Assembly: GCA_963812135.1 (NCBI GenBank)
Contig: CAWETU010000001.1
Span: 2,272,001 to 2,336,000, forward strand
Reading direction: 5' to 3'
Length of the DNA: 64,000 nt
From: Vulcanimicrobiota bacterium
GTDB taxonomy: Bacteria; Vulcanimicrobiota; Vulcanimicrobiia; Eremiobacterales; Eremiobacteraceae
Shown: positions 21,752 through 33,309 of the stretch, in pieces
How the letters are laid out: the number at the start of each line of letters is the position of its first letter
Position numbering within the stretch: position 1 is the first letter of the stretch
Notes under the pieces: generated by a model
Database searches by the model: none
Told to the model about the DNA's origin: nothing
The model's input: only the letters and a program-made list of their open reading frames with translations
Translations under genes and position numbers: made by a program

Positions 21752-21918
21752 CCCACCTCTTGCGAGCCCAGGGACCACCCGTCACGTCGGCGGCGACCCA
21801 TTGAGTAGCCCGCCAGGTGCTCGACACCCAATCCTCAGCTTGGGATTCGGTAGCGCCCGCAAGATGGCTTCTTTTCGACTTTTCGACCGCCCCTAGCGGC
21901 CAGCAGTCTTGCGAAAAG
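21752..21918 (-). ncRNA. Candidate structured RNA in the MTase-REase intergenic region
   Basis: Multi-stem fold in which the internal non-Watson-Crick pairs I found are G-U only on the minus strand. Confidence 0.45.
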
Positions 21919-21996
21919 CTAGGATTGAAACGTAATTGTTTTCGGCACCTTAGCGCGTGGGGCACCACACACAGTCTTGCACTTACGGCTGAAGTG

Positions 21997-22988
21997 CTAG
22001 CCCCCGAAGAGATTTAATGAACGGTCAGCTTCCAACCGATCTGACAGAGCCTGCCACTCAGGTGGTACCAGAGACATCTTTGACTTAGCCGGATCCTGAA
22101 TCGGCTTGTCGGGTCTGTATCGTGCCACGCCTCGAAGGGCTTCCTTTAGACGCCTCTTTGCTTCGAGAACGTATTCGCTAACAATTTCAGCGCCCCAAAA
22201 TTGTCTATCGTTCAGCAATGCGGCGACGCCCGTTGTACCGACTCCTGCAAAGGATCGAACACGAGATCGCCAGGTTTTGATAGAGCCCGCACGAGCCTAG
22301 AAACCAAGACTATGGGAAACTGACATGGGTGAACCGTCTTCTCGACGTGGCCTGCCTTGACGTTCGGAATGTCCCAGACATCTTCTGGGTTCTTCCCCAA
22401 AGGATTCCCCGAAAGCTTTCCCTTGTTGGGACCTTTGTAGTGCGTCTTTCCCGGATATTTGGCCGGTATCCGAACTCCATCCAAGTTGAAGTGGTATTTG
22501 TCTGTCTTTGTATACCACATAATTGTTTCGTAGCGGCCACTAAACCGTCGTTTGGCGTGCAATCCGTGGCCAAACCGCCACACTATGCGATTCCGCAGCT
22601 GAACTCCGAGTCGCTTGAAGATGGGAGACAACTCAATGTCCAATGGGAATATCTCCCCTTGATCAATGAAGTTGCCAGTTTGCCAACAAATGCTACCCGT
22701 GGGTTTCAGTCGTGACACAATTTTTTCGAGGATAGATTCCTGCCACTGCAGGTATTTTGCAAGCTCTCTTTTCGTCTCGTAGGCTTTCCCGATGTTGTAT
22801 GGCGGGGAGGTGACGACAAGATCAAATATCTCACACGGGGGCAGCTGGTCAAGAAAGGCGCCTGCGTCCCCCTGCCACAGTAAGAGGCCCGGCAATCTTG
22901 CAGGCAGATTTGCTTTGATGATTTGAAGCGAGCGGCGATCTCTCGCTCGGTAACAAAATCGAACGCGACTGCCCGCAACCTCGCCCAA
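21997..22988 (-). CDS. Beta-class N4-cytosine DNA methyltransferase, frameshifted
   Basis: VTSPPYN, LRNRIVW, NPEDVWDI, HPCQFP, and DPF-AGVGTT across the frameshift. Confidence 0.92.
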
Positions 22989-23380
22989 CCTTTCTCGTGC
23001 CCACCAACTGGTGGGCCAAACACACGTTCGAGTGTGGCGTTAATTGTCTTTCTTTGCTAGCCCATGTTGTGGTCGGCCTTGTGGACCGTTTGTGAACAAG
23101 TCGAAAATGTCGTTGAGGAACGACAAACTTCTGTGCATTAGACGGAAACGAACGTTGGCCGGTGGGGCGCTCGAGGACGACACGCAGAACGCTAGCCTAG
23201 CAAAACTCGGGGCATCTCGAGCCCCTCAGCGGACCAGCCCAAGCCGTCTCTATCCTTGTCAAAGGCAGTCCGGCCGACGGCCAGCTCCGAGAACTCTTCC
23301 AGGCAGCTATACCTTCACAGTGGCCGCGCTTCGGCCGCCTCCAGAGTTTAGACTGGTCTTAGACTCCTAGGAAATCCAGC

Positions 23381-25255
23381 TCAAGAACTACCGGTAGCAA
23401 GACGACTTCGCACAAACTCTTCGGTTTCAACGTCCATGAAGTACACATAGCATCCCTTCATGCCGCGGGTGAGCAGTACTCGATACGTATTGCGGACATA
23501 ATGAACGAAGCTTTCCTTGGCTCGCTTGGCGACAACGGAGTCCTGAGAATACTCTTTCCGCCCGACCCATTCTCCGGTTACTTTGGAGTAAGCAAGGTGT
23601 TTTCCGAATATCACACCGACGTAGTCGAACTCGAAACCTTGGGCGGTGTAGATGCAGCCAATTTGAGAGAATCCGTTGGGGTCGGCGGCCCAAAACGAGG
23701 ACTTAGGGATGTCCCTCGCTAGCCGCCCGGCTTCAGGCCTCGCGTTCCAGGGCCGGTGAAATGTTCCAATCGTGACGTCGTCGACTAGCATACCGTCCGG
23801 CTTCGGATCAGACCATGGCCAGCAAAACCCGGCGACAAGACGGCCAGTAAAGCCCTCACTCACCCGAGCCTCGATCGCCGCGGCAAGCTCCTCAGGACTC
23901 TCAAGTATGCGGAAGTCAAAAGCATCTGAGGTTTCAAAGCACTCATCACTCGTTTCCCTGATTCCGAGTATGTTATCGACCCATGAAACGAAAGCTTCGG
24001 AGCCAGCACACCTAAACTGCGTATGAAGTTCTTCCTCCACCAGAGTGGCGTTGGCGCTTTCTGCTGCGTTCCTGACGAGATCCAACTGCCTATCTCTCCG
24101 GGGCGCACCACTTGATGGTCATGGATCAAGAATACCGCTACCTTCGCCGCATCGACGATCTCATTGATTTGGTAACGATCGGATCGATCGGACTTGGGCG
24201 TGAACCGGTCGTTGCTTGACTCTCTGATCCGGTGGGCCTCATCACAGATGACTACATCGAGTGCGTTATCTTCGGCATGTACGAAGCTATTGAAGTACTT
24301 GAACTGACTGGCTGCACGCCTCCCAACCTCGCGGCGCAGGTTCTCGGTGAACGCTCTGGAGCCAGTTGCGTGCTGTACAACAAAGCTCTCCTTTGCGAGC
24401 GTGGCCATGACGTTAACGGCGATGAGTGACTTTCCCGTTCCCGGGCCGCCCTTCACAAGAACTACCGCTTTCTTCGGACTATGGTAGCCCTTCCGAGCAT
24501 GACCGAGGATCGTATTATAGACCACGATTGCTCATCGAGGAGCGTATAAATGTTGTTCCTTGTATTACCTCAGCGACATGATCGAGTAACTTCTTGCTAG
24601 CCCGATACTTGCTCTGCAGCACCCGCTGTAGAACTTCATCCCCGCCGTCTTTGCTTACGCGGTCGCGGAGATACGAGGCAAGCTCCTCAGCTTGATTTCC
24701 CGCGAACATCGGACAGTCCGATAGCACCGCCTCGAATTTCTTGGCATGTAGCGGTGATTGTGGATCGGCTAAGATTATGGAGATAACTGCACGCTGAAAG
24801 GCCCACTGGCTATCCGACTCATGTAGACGGTCTGGCTGTCTATGAGGTATTGCCGATAGTGGCTCGCCTGAACTGAGGGATGAAGTCATTGGATCTCGAC
24901 CTCCGAGATACGTGATTACACACTCCTCGACATCTGAGGCTTCGGCCTTATCCCATTGCTTCAGCTCGATGATTACTGCGTTGTCGCGTCGTTGCGAATC
25001 GCGGCCTGTCAATAGGCAATCAAGACGTGCCGACGACAACGGCAGCTGAAGTTCAAGAATGATACCGTTATTCGTAAGTCGAGCGAATTGTAGATGGACG
25101 GAGAGTGCGGCTAACGAGTTGCGCCATGACCGCATTTCTGAGACCGAGGGAAGGTAGCCGAAGAGTCGTTGGAAGTTGAACTGTAGCTTATCGGCGAGCG
25201 TATGGCGCGCAGCATCGTCAAAGAACTGCTGAGTATTGCCTACGTAAAGCTGCAT
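23381..25255 (-). CDS. DUF2075 (Schlafen group 3-like) nuclease-helicase, frameshifted
   Basis: N-terminal RLDCLL...IIELKQW nuclease motif; GGPGTGKS; DEAHR; QFRCAGS; GCIYTAQGFEFDYVGVI; YRVLLTRGMKG. Confidence 0.92.
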
Positions 25256-25274
25256 ATTGTCCCGTGCGGATCGA

Positions 25275-26341
25275 TCAAGCTGTTTCGTCGCTCCATTCGA
25301 ATCGCATGAGGCGCTCGTCGACCGCGACGTTCTTCGCCCACGCGTGCTCTCTTAAGAATAGCCTCGGCGAATTGGCGCGCCATCTGCGCCGCTTCCGGCG
25401 GTTCGATGATCTTCGCGTCGCCGCCGAAGCTGAGCGCCCAGGCGACGACCTCGCGCGGGTCGGTCACTTTGAACGCGATCTGAAGCGAGCCGTCGGGCAG
25501 CTCTTTGACCGACTCTTCTGCCGGCCAGCGGCGCGCCAGTACGTCGGCGACCCGTCGCGGCGCGATCTTCACCACGACCTTGCGCGGTTTGCCGGAGGTC
25601 GCGAAAATGCCAAACGAGTGGCGCAGGGTATCGTCGAGTTTTCGTTCTGCGTCGTATCCTTTGGCCGTCACTTCGTCGAGCACGGTCGGGTCGCTCATCC
25701 GGTCCAGGGCGAAGAACTTCGGGCGCTCTCCTCCTTCTTCGACGCCCCAGACGTAGATGCGACCGTTGTTATCGAACAGATCGTAGGGCACGATGTGACG
25801 CGCTGACACTGTACCGTCGGATGATTTCTTGTAGGTGAAGCCGAGGATGCGCCGTTCTTGGATGGCGCGTTCGCAGGCGGAGAGGTTCTCGTAGAATGCG
25901 GCGTTGACGCGCGGCTGCGGCTGCCACACGGGGAGCCGCTCCTTGACCGCTGGATCCATGCCGGCCAGCTGCGATTCCCATTGTTCGAATTGGGGGCCGA
26001 GCGTTTCCATGAACGGCGATCCCATGCGCAGCAGATCGATCCGCAGGCGGACCAGGATCTCGCGTTTGCGCGGATCCATCTGGCGTGCTCGGCCGAGGGT
26101 CCAGCCTTTTGGCACGGTGTGCATTTTCGTCTTTGGGTTGTAGTGGAGCGCGGCATCCCCACGCCGCGAGCTCTTTCTTGTAGCGCTTCCACGTGCTGTC
26201 GCTGAGGTGGTTTCTCCGAGGATTCTGTGCCGCTTGCTGCTTGGTGATCTGGCGGTCTACGTTCAGCCTGATCAGGAGATGACGGATCCCCGAGGCTTTG
26301 GCTCTGGCCTTGGCGGTGGCGTCGGTGTTGAGGTTTTTCAT
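25275..26341 (-). CDS. wHTH-WYL-WCX transcriptional regulator, frameshifted
   Basis: STWKRYKKEL HTH; RHIVPYDL...YVWG...FALDRM WYL domain; WALSFGGDAKIIEPPE WCX domain. Confidence 0.88.
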
Positions 26342-26360
26342 CGTTTGTTTTGTTGGCTTT

Positions 26361-26388
26361 TGACCTGGGCCAGATTCTGACCCGGTCA
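26361..26388. promoter_or_regulatory. Imperfect inverted repeat, candidate WYL operator
   Basis: TGACCTGGGCCAGA-T-TCTGACCCGGTCA, about 20 nt upstream of the WYL ATG in a divergent promoter region. Confidence 0.55.
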
Positions 26389-26482
26389 TTTCCCGGCCGA
26401 ATTACGAGCGCCACCGCCTCACGATACAATTGGGTTTGTGAGATGGGGGACTTCGTCTGGTTCGGTTCTGCGGAGGTGAACG

Positions 26483-27318
26483 GTGAACATTCCAACTTCT
26501 CGAGATCTTCTTCACCCGATGTTGCAGGTCGCTCGTGAACACCCGCGCGTGTCCGAGGGCGAGCTGCATCACTTTTTGGCTTTTGAGTTTGGCTTGTACG
26601 AGGGTGGGCCGGCGGTGGGTGGGCCGGGCGATCTGCGTCGTTTTGCCTGCCGGGTGCGGGTCGCGCGACGCGCGTTGTTGCGCCATGGTTTGCTGGTGAG
26701 CGGCGGCGGCGATGCGTTGATTTTGACGCCGCAAGGCGAGGCGTATCTGACGACTGGTTGGCTGCGCACTGGTTCTGGTGGTGCTGAGCGTGCTGGTTTG
26801 TCCGAGGCGCGCGAGGTGCCGGTCACGGCGGGCCGGGCTCTGAGGCGTCGGACTCGCCTGAGCCGGCTGAGGATCACGATTCCGAGGTCGACCTCAAGGC
26901 GCTGCTCGACGAGGCCAAGTTCGAGAGCCTCGAGCTGGGCGATGGCTGGTATCAGGTCGCCTTCGCAGGCCGAGTTGCGTTCGTGGGATGTCATCGTCCA
27001 CGCCACGGGCGGCTGGCTCTTCTCATGAGTACCCACGTGATGCGGCTGCCGAAGGCGCGGGCCGCGCGAGCTCTGGTGCTCGATCTCATGGCGCGGCTGA
27101 ACTGCAAGGTGCCGGCGGCGAAGTTCTCCGCCACGCCGCGCGACGGGGTGGTGCTCGAGCTTGCGTATCGCACCGAACACGTCGATGCCGAAGTGCTCGG
27201 CAACTTGATCCGCACGCTCTTGCATGTCGCCGAAAGCGAGTACCCGGCGCTGGCGCGGGTCGTCGTCGACGACCGAGCACTCCGACGCCTGGATGCCGCG
27301 TTCAAGAGGTCTGCGTGA
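26483..27318 (+). CDS. Mrr N-terminal winged helix fused (across frameshifts) to a YbjN/chaperone-like domain
   Basis: IPTSRDLLHPMLQV...RFACRVRVARRALLRHGLL...LTPQGEAYL (Mrr_N-like); acidic linker; LMARLNCKVPAAKF...LGNLIRTLLHVAE. May instead be two genes. Confidence 0.55.
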
Positions 27319-27664
27319 TGGTACTCGCGTGCTCAATGCTCTTGCGGCGCGCTTTGTCGAAGATCGCTTGACCTTCACGCCGCATGCGCTCGTGCGCTAT
27401 ATCGAGCGGTACCTGGATGCGACGCAGCGTGCGCGACCTTCGGCGAACCGGCTTCCGATGCGCAGATCTTGCGGCGCTTACAGCCTCGATTTTCTGGTGA
27501 GCTCGCGCGAGTTCACGGAGCAGTTCGAGCGAGTTTATGATGGTCGATCGTGTCAGTGCCGCAACGTGACGAGCGGGTTATCGTATCGTCTGCATCTCGG
27601 TCCCGTCCGGATCGTGGTGTGCTGCGGCATCTGCATAACCACGTTACCCGCCGGTTGCGACTGA
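27311..27664 (+). CDS. Small hypothetical protein, possible RelE-like fold, frameshifted
   Basis: FTPHALVRYIERY and C-terminal RIVV...ITTL pattern. Confidence 0.45.
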   Translation: MRDGTRVLNALAARFVEDRLTFTPHALVRYIERYLDATQRARPSANRLPMRRSCGAYSLDFLVSSREFTEQFERVYDGRSCQCRNVTSGLSYRLHLGPVRIVVCCGICITTLPAGCD

Positions 27665-28466
27665 TGGTCGCCGTGGAGCGCCCGCTGGGGCATCCGCTCG
27701 GGCGCCGTTTAAAATCGTTTGTGTGGGCGTATGGCCTTGCGCCCCAGTTCGCGCCCCAGGCGTGGCGACTCGGCGGCCTTTTCACCGTTGCGGTGGTCAC
27801 GTACGCGGTCTACCTGTGGTCTCCGTTGGTCGGCTGGCTCGCGTTATCGGTCGCAGGCTTGGTGGTACCCGCGCTGGGAGGGCTGCCTCAGTCTGTCTCG
27901 ATGATGTTCGTGGTTGTCGTGTGTGCGCTTGCGACGGTTGGCGTGGTGCTGTGGCTCTGCCAGCTGCTGCCGGCGACATCTGCGTCCTTTGGTTTTGTGA
28001 AGCCCCGACTTCCACAGCTTCTCCACGCGGCCGCGGCGTGGGCGGTCACCTGTGGGCCTCGTGGGCCGTCCCTATCAGAGTCGATCCAAACGATGCGGCA
28101 TACCAAGCTTCCGCAGCGGTCTTCTATTCGCACCACAGAGGGGTCGTCGACTACCTGAGCGATGTCATCGACTCTTCTGTGGCGACTCCGATCGTCGAAG
28201 AGACGATGTTCCGCGGGCTTCTCTTCGCCGCGCTGGCGCAGTGGCTGCCTGCCTGGCTCGCCGCTCTGATCAGCAGCCTGGCATTCGCGTTATGGCATCA
28301 AGAACCGTACCGAATCATCCCTCTGACCATCATGGGCCTGGGGCTTGCCTACATCTACTATCGCAGCGGCACGTTGTGGGCACCGATCGCGGCCCACGCC
28401 TTGAACAACTGGCTGGCCCTGACCTTACGTTCCTATGGTACAACTTCGGACACTAGACGGCAATAG
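27664..28466 (+). CDS. CPBP/Abi (CAAX) intramembrane protease, frameshifted
   Basis: PIVEETMFRG, SSLAFALWH, IAAHALNN. Confidence 0.88.
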
Positions 28467-28479
28467 TCCTAACATATCC

Positions 28480-28703
28480 TAGACGGAAAGTGGAAGCCAA
28501 GATGAATGCCTATCCAATTATTCTCGAACGCGCCGACGATGGCGGCTACAGTGCTGTCGTTCCCGACTTGCCAGGGCTGTTGCTGGCAGCGGACACGCGC
28601 GAGGAACTACTCGCCCGGGCCCCGGGAGCTATCGCCGACTATCTGGATGCGCTGCGAGAACAAAATCTGCCAGTGCCAAGCCCCGGAGAGGTCGAGATAG
28701 TCC
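28480..28703. repeat. hicB-containing direct repeat, copy 1
   Basis: Highly similar to 33082-33309. Confidence 0.9.
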
Positions 28704-28717
28704 GTATTAAGGGATGA
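28502..28717 (+). CDS. hicB: HicB-family antitoxin, orphan
   Basis: YPIILERADDGGYSAVVPDLPG...AIADYLDALREQNLPVP. Confidence 0.88.
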   Translation: MNAYPIILERADDGGYSAVVPDLPGLLLAADTREELLARAPGAIADYLDALREQNLPVPSPGEVEIVRIKG

Positions 28718-28786
28718 GCCGTCCCCCGCATTCATTGGGGGAAACCTGAGCGGGCACTCGTTAGAACCTGCTAGAATCGTCTTTTC

Positions 28787-29961
28787 GTGCGGTCTTCGAA
28801 CCTATTTACTCTAGGGCGATTTTCGTTCGAGGTGGCCGGTCGGGCGCTAACGAGTCCATCCATTCGGAAAGCCCGCGCCATGCTCGCGTGCTTAATCATG
28901 CATCGCGGCAGCGATGTCGCGCGCGAGCGGCTCATCGAGACGTTTTGGCCCGAGGTCGACGCGGAACGCGCACGTGACAGCCTCAAGACCACACTGTGGG
29001 CGATTCGCCGGACGCTGCGCTCCGCGCAACTTGACCCAGACGAGTTTGTGACAAGCACCAAAGCGGTGGTTCGGTGGGAGGCTAACACCGCCTTGGATGC
29101 TCAGCGTTTCTTGGACCTTGTCGCGGCAGATGATCCGCAAAGCCAGGTCGAAGCACGTCAGCTTTATCGCGGCGATTTTCTCGAAGGAGATTACGACGAG
29201 TGGGCGAGCGCGCAACGCGAGCGACTCGCCGAAGCGTATGAGCGCTTGCTAGGTCGGATCGTGCGTGACTCTAAAGATGTCGCCACCGCGCAAAATATCA
29301 TCGATCGCAATCCGTATGACGAAGAGGCATATGCAACTCTGATCGATGCAGAAATCGGCGCGGGCAAGCCGTTGAGCGCCCGAACATATTACGAGCGCTG
29401 CGTTGCAGCTTTGCGGGGAACTCGGCAGCCAACCATCCGCTGCATTTAACTTACGATTTGCCACTCTCTTGATTTCGATGCCTCCGGTCTCCGATAAGCG
29501 TCGATCTGCCATTCAGCGGACGTGAAGACGAACTTTCCATCTTGAAGCGTTCGTTCGTTGCGGCGGACGGAGAACGCGAGCGATCGGCCGTGCTCGTCCA
29601 CGGTGAGGCGGGGATTGGAAAGTCGGCTTTATTACGAAGAGCGCAGACCTTGGCTGCCGCAGCCGGATTCCGCGTCCTCGCGGCGTCCGGACTCGACGAA
29701 GATCCCCGGATGTTCGGCCCCTGGCCGTCGGTGTATGGGATGCTGACAGGTGGCGATTTCGACGCGTTCGCGCAGGGCAACCCGACCAACACCGCATCTG
29801 CCGTTGCCGTCGCAATCAACGCAAGCCTCGTCATGCCCACGGCGCTGTTCGTCGACGACGCCCATGCGTTGCGCGGCGAAGCCCTGGATATCTTCGCAGA
29901 GCTTGTCACACGTTTAGTCCCCAACACGTTGTGGGACACTAGAGGCAATAGTTTCGCGTAG
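28787..29961 (+). pseudogene. Truncated SARP/BTAD-AAA regulator
   Basis: wHTH and BTAD (LYRGDFLEG...NPYDEEAY), GEAGIGKS, VDDAH, then an abrupt end. Confidence 0.8.
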
Positions 29962-29990
29962 ACGATTCTGCCTGCTCGCGTGATACGGCA

Positions 29991-30656
29991 CTAAGCGGAG
30001 CGCCGAGAGCCGCCATCCCTCGACTGGTTCGTTGAGAAAGCACAGGGCGAAGACGAGCAGGCCAACCGTTCCGGCAATGTCCAGAGCGTGATGGAAGAGA
30101 CCTCGCGAAATGTACCAACCGGGAATGGTAGCAACAATGACAGGTTGTGATAACTGAAACCTGTGTCGGATAGGCAATAGATGAAGAACGCCCAGGTCAA
30201 CAGGCTCGGCCTGAGCAACACCAGCGCGGCTCCCAGCACGATAAAGAAAAGCGCAAAGACCAAAACGAGCACCCGAAAGACAGCGTCAAAGCGCCCACGA
30301 TGTTCTGAGATCGACGTGAGGGTTACGGTGCGTCTGACGCCTTCGTGTATCAACCCAAGGGTCACGCGCTGAGAAGCGTGCAGCGTGAATGGTGTAATCC
30401 CCACCATGTGTCTGAACTGCACCGGCGTGGATCGGAGATCGATGATATCGCCAACTTGTATCCCTGCCCTCGCCGCCGGCGAGCCATCGCCAACATACGT
30501 GACTTTAGTGTCGCCGTCTACCGCATAACCGAAAACGCCTATTGGTGCCCACACTCGCTGGATCGCGAGCCCGCCAGCGACAAAAACAAGCAGTGATAAC
30601 GCCACTACCACAAACGTCCGCAGCGCAGCCGTGCGAGATATGCTAGGTGTAAGCAT
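29991..30656 (-). pseudogene. Truncated PDZ-7TM membrane protein
   Basis: GSPAARAGIQVGDIIDL PDZ motif and LVLLRPSLLTWAFF; stops after about four TM helices; paralogue of 30643-32412. Confidence 0.75.
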
Positions 30657-32412
30657 GTCGCTGCAAGTCAACGGTCCTGAGGGGAGAGGCCGTGAGCGCT
30701 ACGTAGACGCTACTTGCTGCGTCAACAATTCTCCTGAGGCTTGCGGTCTCTTGAGGATCTAACATTGCACCGCTTTCGTACGCGCCGTACAGCACGAACG
30801 CGACAACTTCGCGATTTTGACGTAGCGATAAACCGATCGCGGGTTGTGCCAACCCGGCCGGCAAGTCGGATCCCGACCGCGGACCGTCCCCTAGCTTAAC
30901 GGCGCCGCGCGCGCCGAGCATTCTCGCAGCGAGGGGATCACCTGGAAGCAGATGCCAGGCAGTGCCCGCCTGGCCAGCCGACTGCTGCTTCCCGCACGAA
31001 GCCACCGTCGGCGAGCCGCGCGAACAGCGCGGCCGACGCCAATCCGAAAGCCTTGGCGGCATCGTCGACGATAAGGTGGGGTCAGTTCCGAGAGCGACGT
31101 AACCCGGTAAATGGCCGCGAGAATGCGATCGCACTCGTTCTGCGCTCGATGCCGGTGTCGAAAGAATATGAAATTGACGGTATTGTTGACCGTCTGTTGA
31201 GCGGACTTCATGACGAATCCGAGGGCGAGCGCGGCGGCGATATATGCGGCCATTTCGAAGCGGCTTTGTGCGAGCTTCTTGGTCATCAGCCAGTCGATGG
31301 CTGCGAACACCGCGATTACCAGCGCAATGAGAACTCCGTACACGAGCGATTGACCTACGACGAAACTGACATCGATCACGCGATGTTTTACCACCGCATA
31401 CGCGAACGTCAAGGGAACGATGATTACCACCAAAGTGGCAGCCGCATTGGACACCCAGACAAGTGCCGGCGAACCCCAGAAGCGGAAGACGTAGAGTACC
31501 AGTTCCATCAACAAGAAAAGACAGAATCCGACTACGATCCAACGCATCCGTTGCTTGGCCGTATCCTGAGCTCGAATGTAGGTGTCTATCAATAAGAAGC
31601 CTACGACGATCGATCCTACAATTTGCGCTGCCAGCGAGATCTTCATCAAGAGCTCGCCCGGAGGCCCGCCCTGGAACATCCACTGATAGAACCAATACAG
31701 GTTATAAGCTACTAGTACGATGATAAACGCCGGCGTAAGCCGCAAGGCCGTCAAGCGCCAGCCGCGTATCGGCTCGTTCAAGAACGTCAGTGAAAATAGC
31801 ACGAGGCCGATCCAACCCACGGCAAAGCTGATGGCGTAGTACGTGCCCATCACGAACGGCCCCGGAGATGGCAATGAGTATGCGACGACCTCCCCGCCAC
31901 CCGGAGCGTAACTAAGGCAATAGAGGAAGAAACCCCATGTCGTTAGACTCGGTCTAAGTAGGACCAGCGCCCCACCAAGAAACACCATCAGCGCAGACGC
32001 GGCAACGCCCGCTAGCACAAGCCATGCTGGATTCACCTCGGGCTTCATAGGTTTGGCAACGAGTGTGATCGTGCGATGGACCTTCGCATGAATCAAAATG
32101 AAGGCGATGGACTTACGGGCTTCACACCGCGGATCCATCCCACAGCCCCACAAAGTATCTGAATCGAAATGGCGTAGACGGGATATCGATTCTGTCACCG
32201 ACTTGCATGTTTGCCTTGGCACCCGGCTAGCCGGCTTCAACCCTGTTGATTATCCCGTCGCCATCGTTCCCGTATCCAAAAGTGCCAAGGGGAGTCCACA
32301 ACAGTCGCAAGTCTGTGGCGTAGAAGGCAAAGACCAAGATTGATATTGTGACGACTACGATCGTTCGTAACAATGACGTTTTAGAAGACGCGCTATTATC
32401 GGAAGTCGTCAC
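30643..32412 (-). CDS. PDZ-7TM-GAF-like membrane protein, frameshifted
   Basis: PDZ, about nine TM helices, YAVVKHRVIDV, FIFFRHR, and GAF-like AFVLYGAYESGAMLDPQE. Confidence 0.8.
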
Positions 32413-32978
32413 GGCTGAGCGTGCTCCCAATCGGCCTTACAACAATCCGCGGGCACGATCGCGAGTCTTAGCTGAGGCAGCATTGGCCGAGGTCCCTTCA
32501 GTTCGGTGTTGTGTTCGGACGCCCTATCTGAGGTGGCGCACGCCGCAGCAACTCTCACCGTGCGACGGCGTGCGCCGTAGCGCTCTACGGACCAGGCGGG
32601 GGTGTCGGTCGTGGCGGACGAGTGGGCGGTGTTATGGTTGGTACGCCGATTGGCGCGTTGGTTGGGGAAACGCCTTGGAAGGGTGGATCCGACGCCCCTA
32701 GGTCATGCACGCGGCGATCGCGAGCGCGCTCGCAATCGCTGCAAGACTTATGGACGCTGCTTGACTCGATGCATGACGTCATCCTCCCGATGCCCGGCCA
32801 GACTCTCGCTGAACCGGGCAGCCGTTTGGCCGGCGATTGGCTGCGCGATCCACGTCTCATCGACGTCAACATCACCATACCAATCGCGGGTAATCGGACC
32901 GTAATCAGCCGGGAACGAGCTCAAGCGCTTGCCATGGCAAGGCGGCGCTTGCCACAGCAAGGCGGTGCCCATCATGGC

Positions 32979-33009
32979 TAGACAAGCGCTCTTATTGCCG
33001 CTATATAAT
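32979..33009 (+). promoter_or_regulatory. Sigma70-like promoter ahead of the hicA remnant and hicB
   Basis: TAGACA...TATATAAT with 17-19 nt spacing. Confidence 0.45.
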
Positions 33010-33023
33010 CTCGGTGAGGGCTT

Positions 33024-33095
33024 TTGCCGCACAGCTCGAAGGATCTTGCAAGGGGGACGCTAGCGAGAATCTTGAAGCAAATAGACGGAAAGTGA
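33024..33095 (+). pseudogene. hicA: C-terminal remnant of hicA
   Basis: PHSSKDLARGTLARILKQIDGK*; the N-terminal GSH catalytic half is absent. Confidence 0.65.
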
Positions 33096-33309
33096 AAGCC
33101 AAGATGAATGCCTATCCAATCATTCTCGAACGCGCCGACGACGGCGGGTACAGTGCTGTCGCTCCCAGACTTGCCAGGACTCTTGCTAGCAGCGGACACC
33201 CGCGAGGAACTACTCGCCCAAGAAGCCCCCGGTGCGATCGCCGATTACCTGGATGCGCTGAGAGAACAAAATCTTCCAGTGCCAAGCCCCGGAGAGGTTG
33301 AGATAGTCC
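33082..33309. repeat. hicB-containing direct repeat, copy 2
   Basis: Highly similar to 28480-28703. Confidence 0.9.

Noticed and set aside
21693..21968. 91-aa ORF as an RM controller (C) protein
   Set aside because: No HTH pattern or RBS; composition looks like a shadow ORF.
32450..32950. ORFs between the PDZ gene and the hicA remnant
   Set aside because: They look like unassignable gene scraps (a Pro-rich tail on the minus strand, a fragment on the plus strand); no supportable call.
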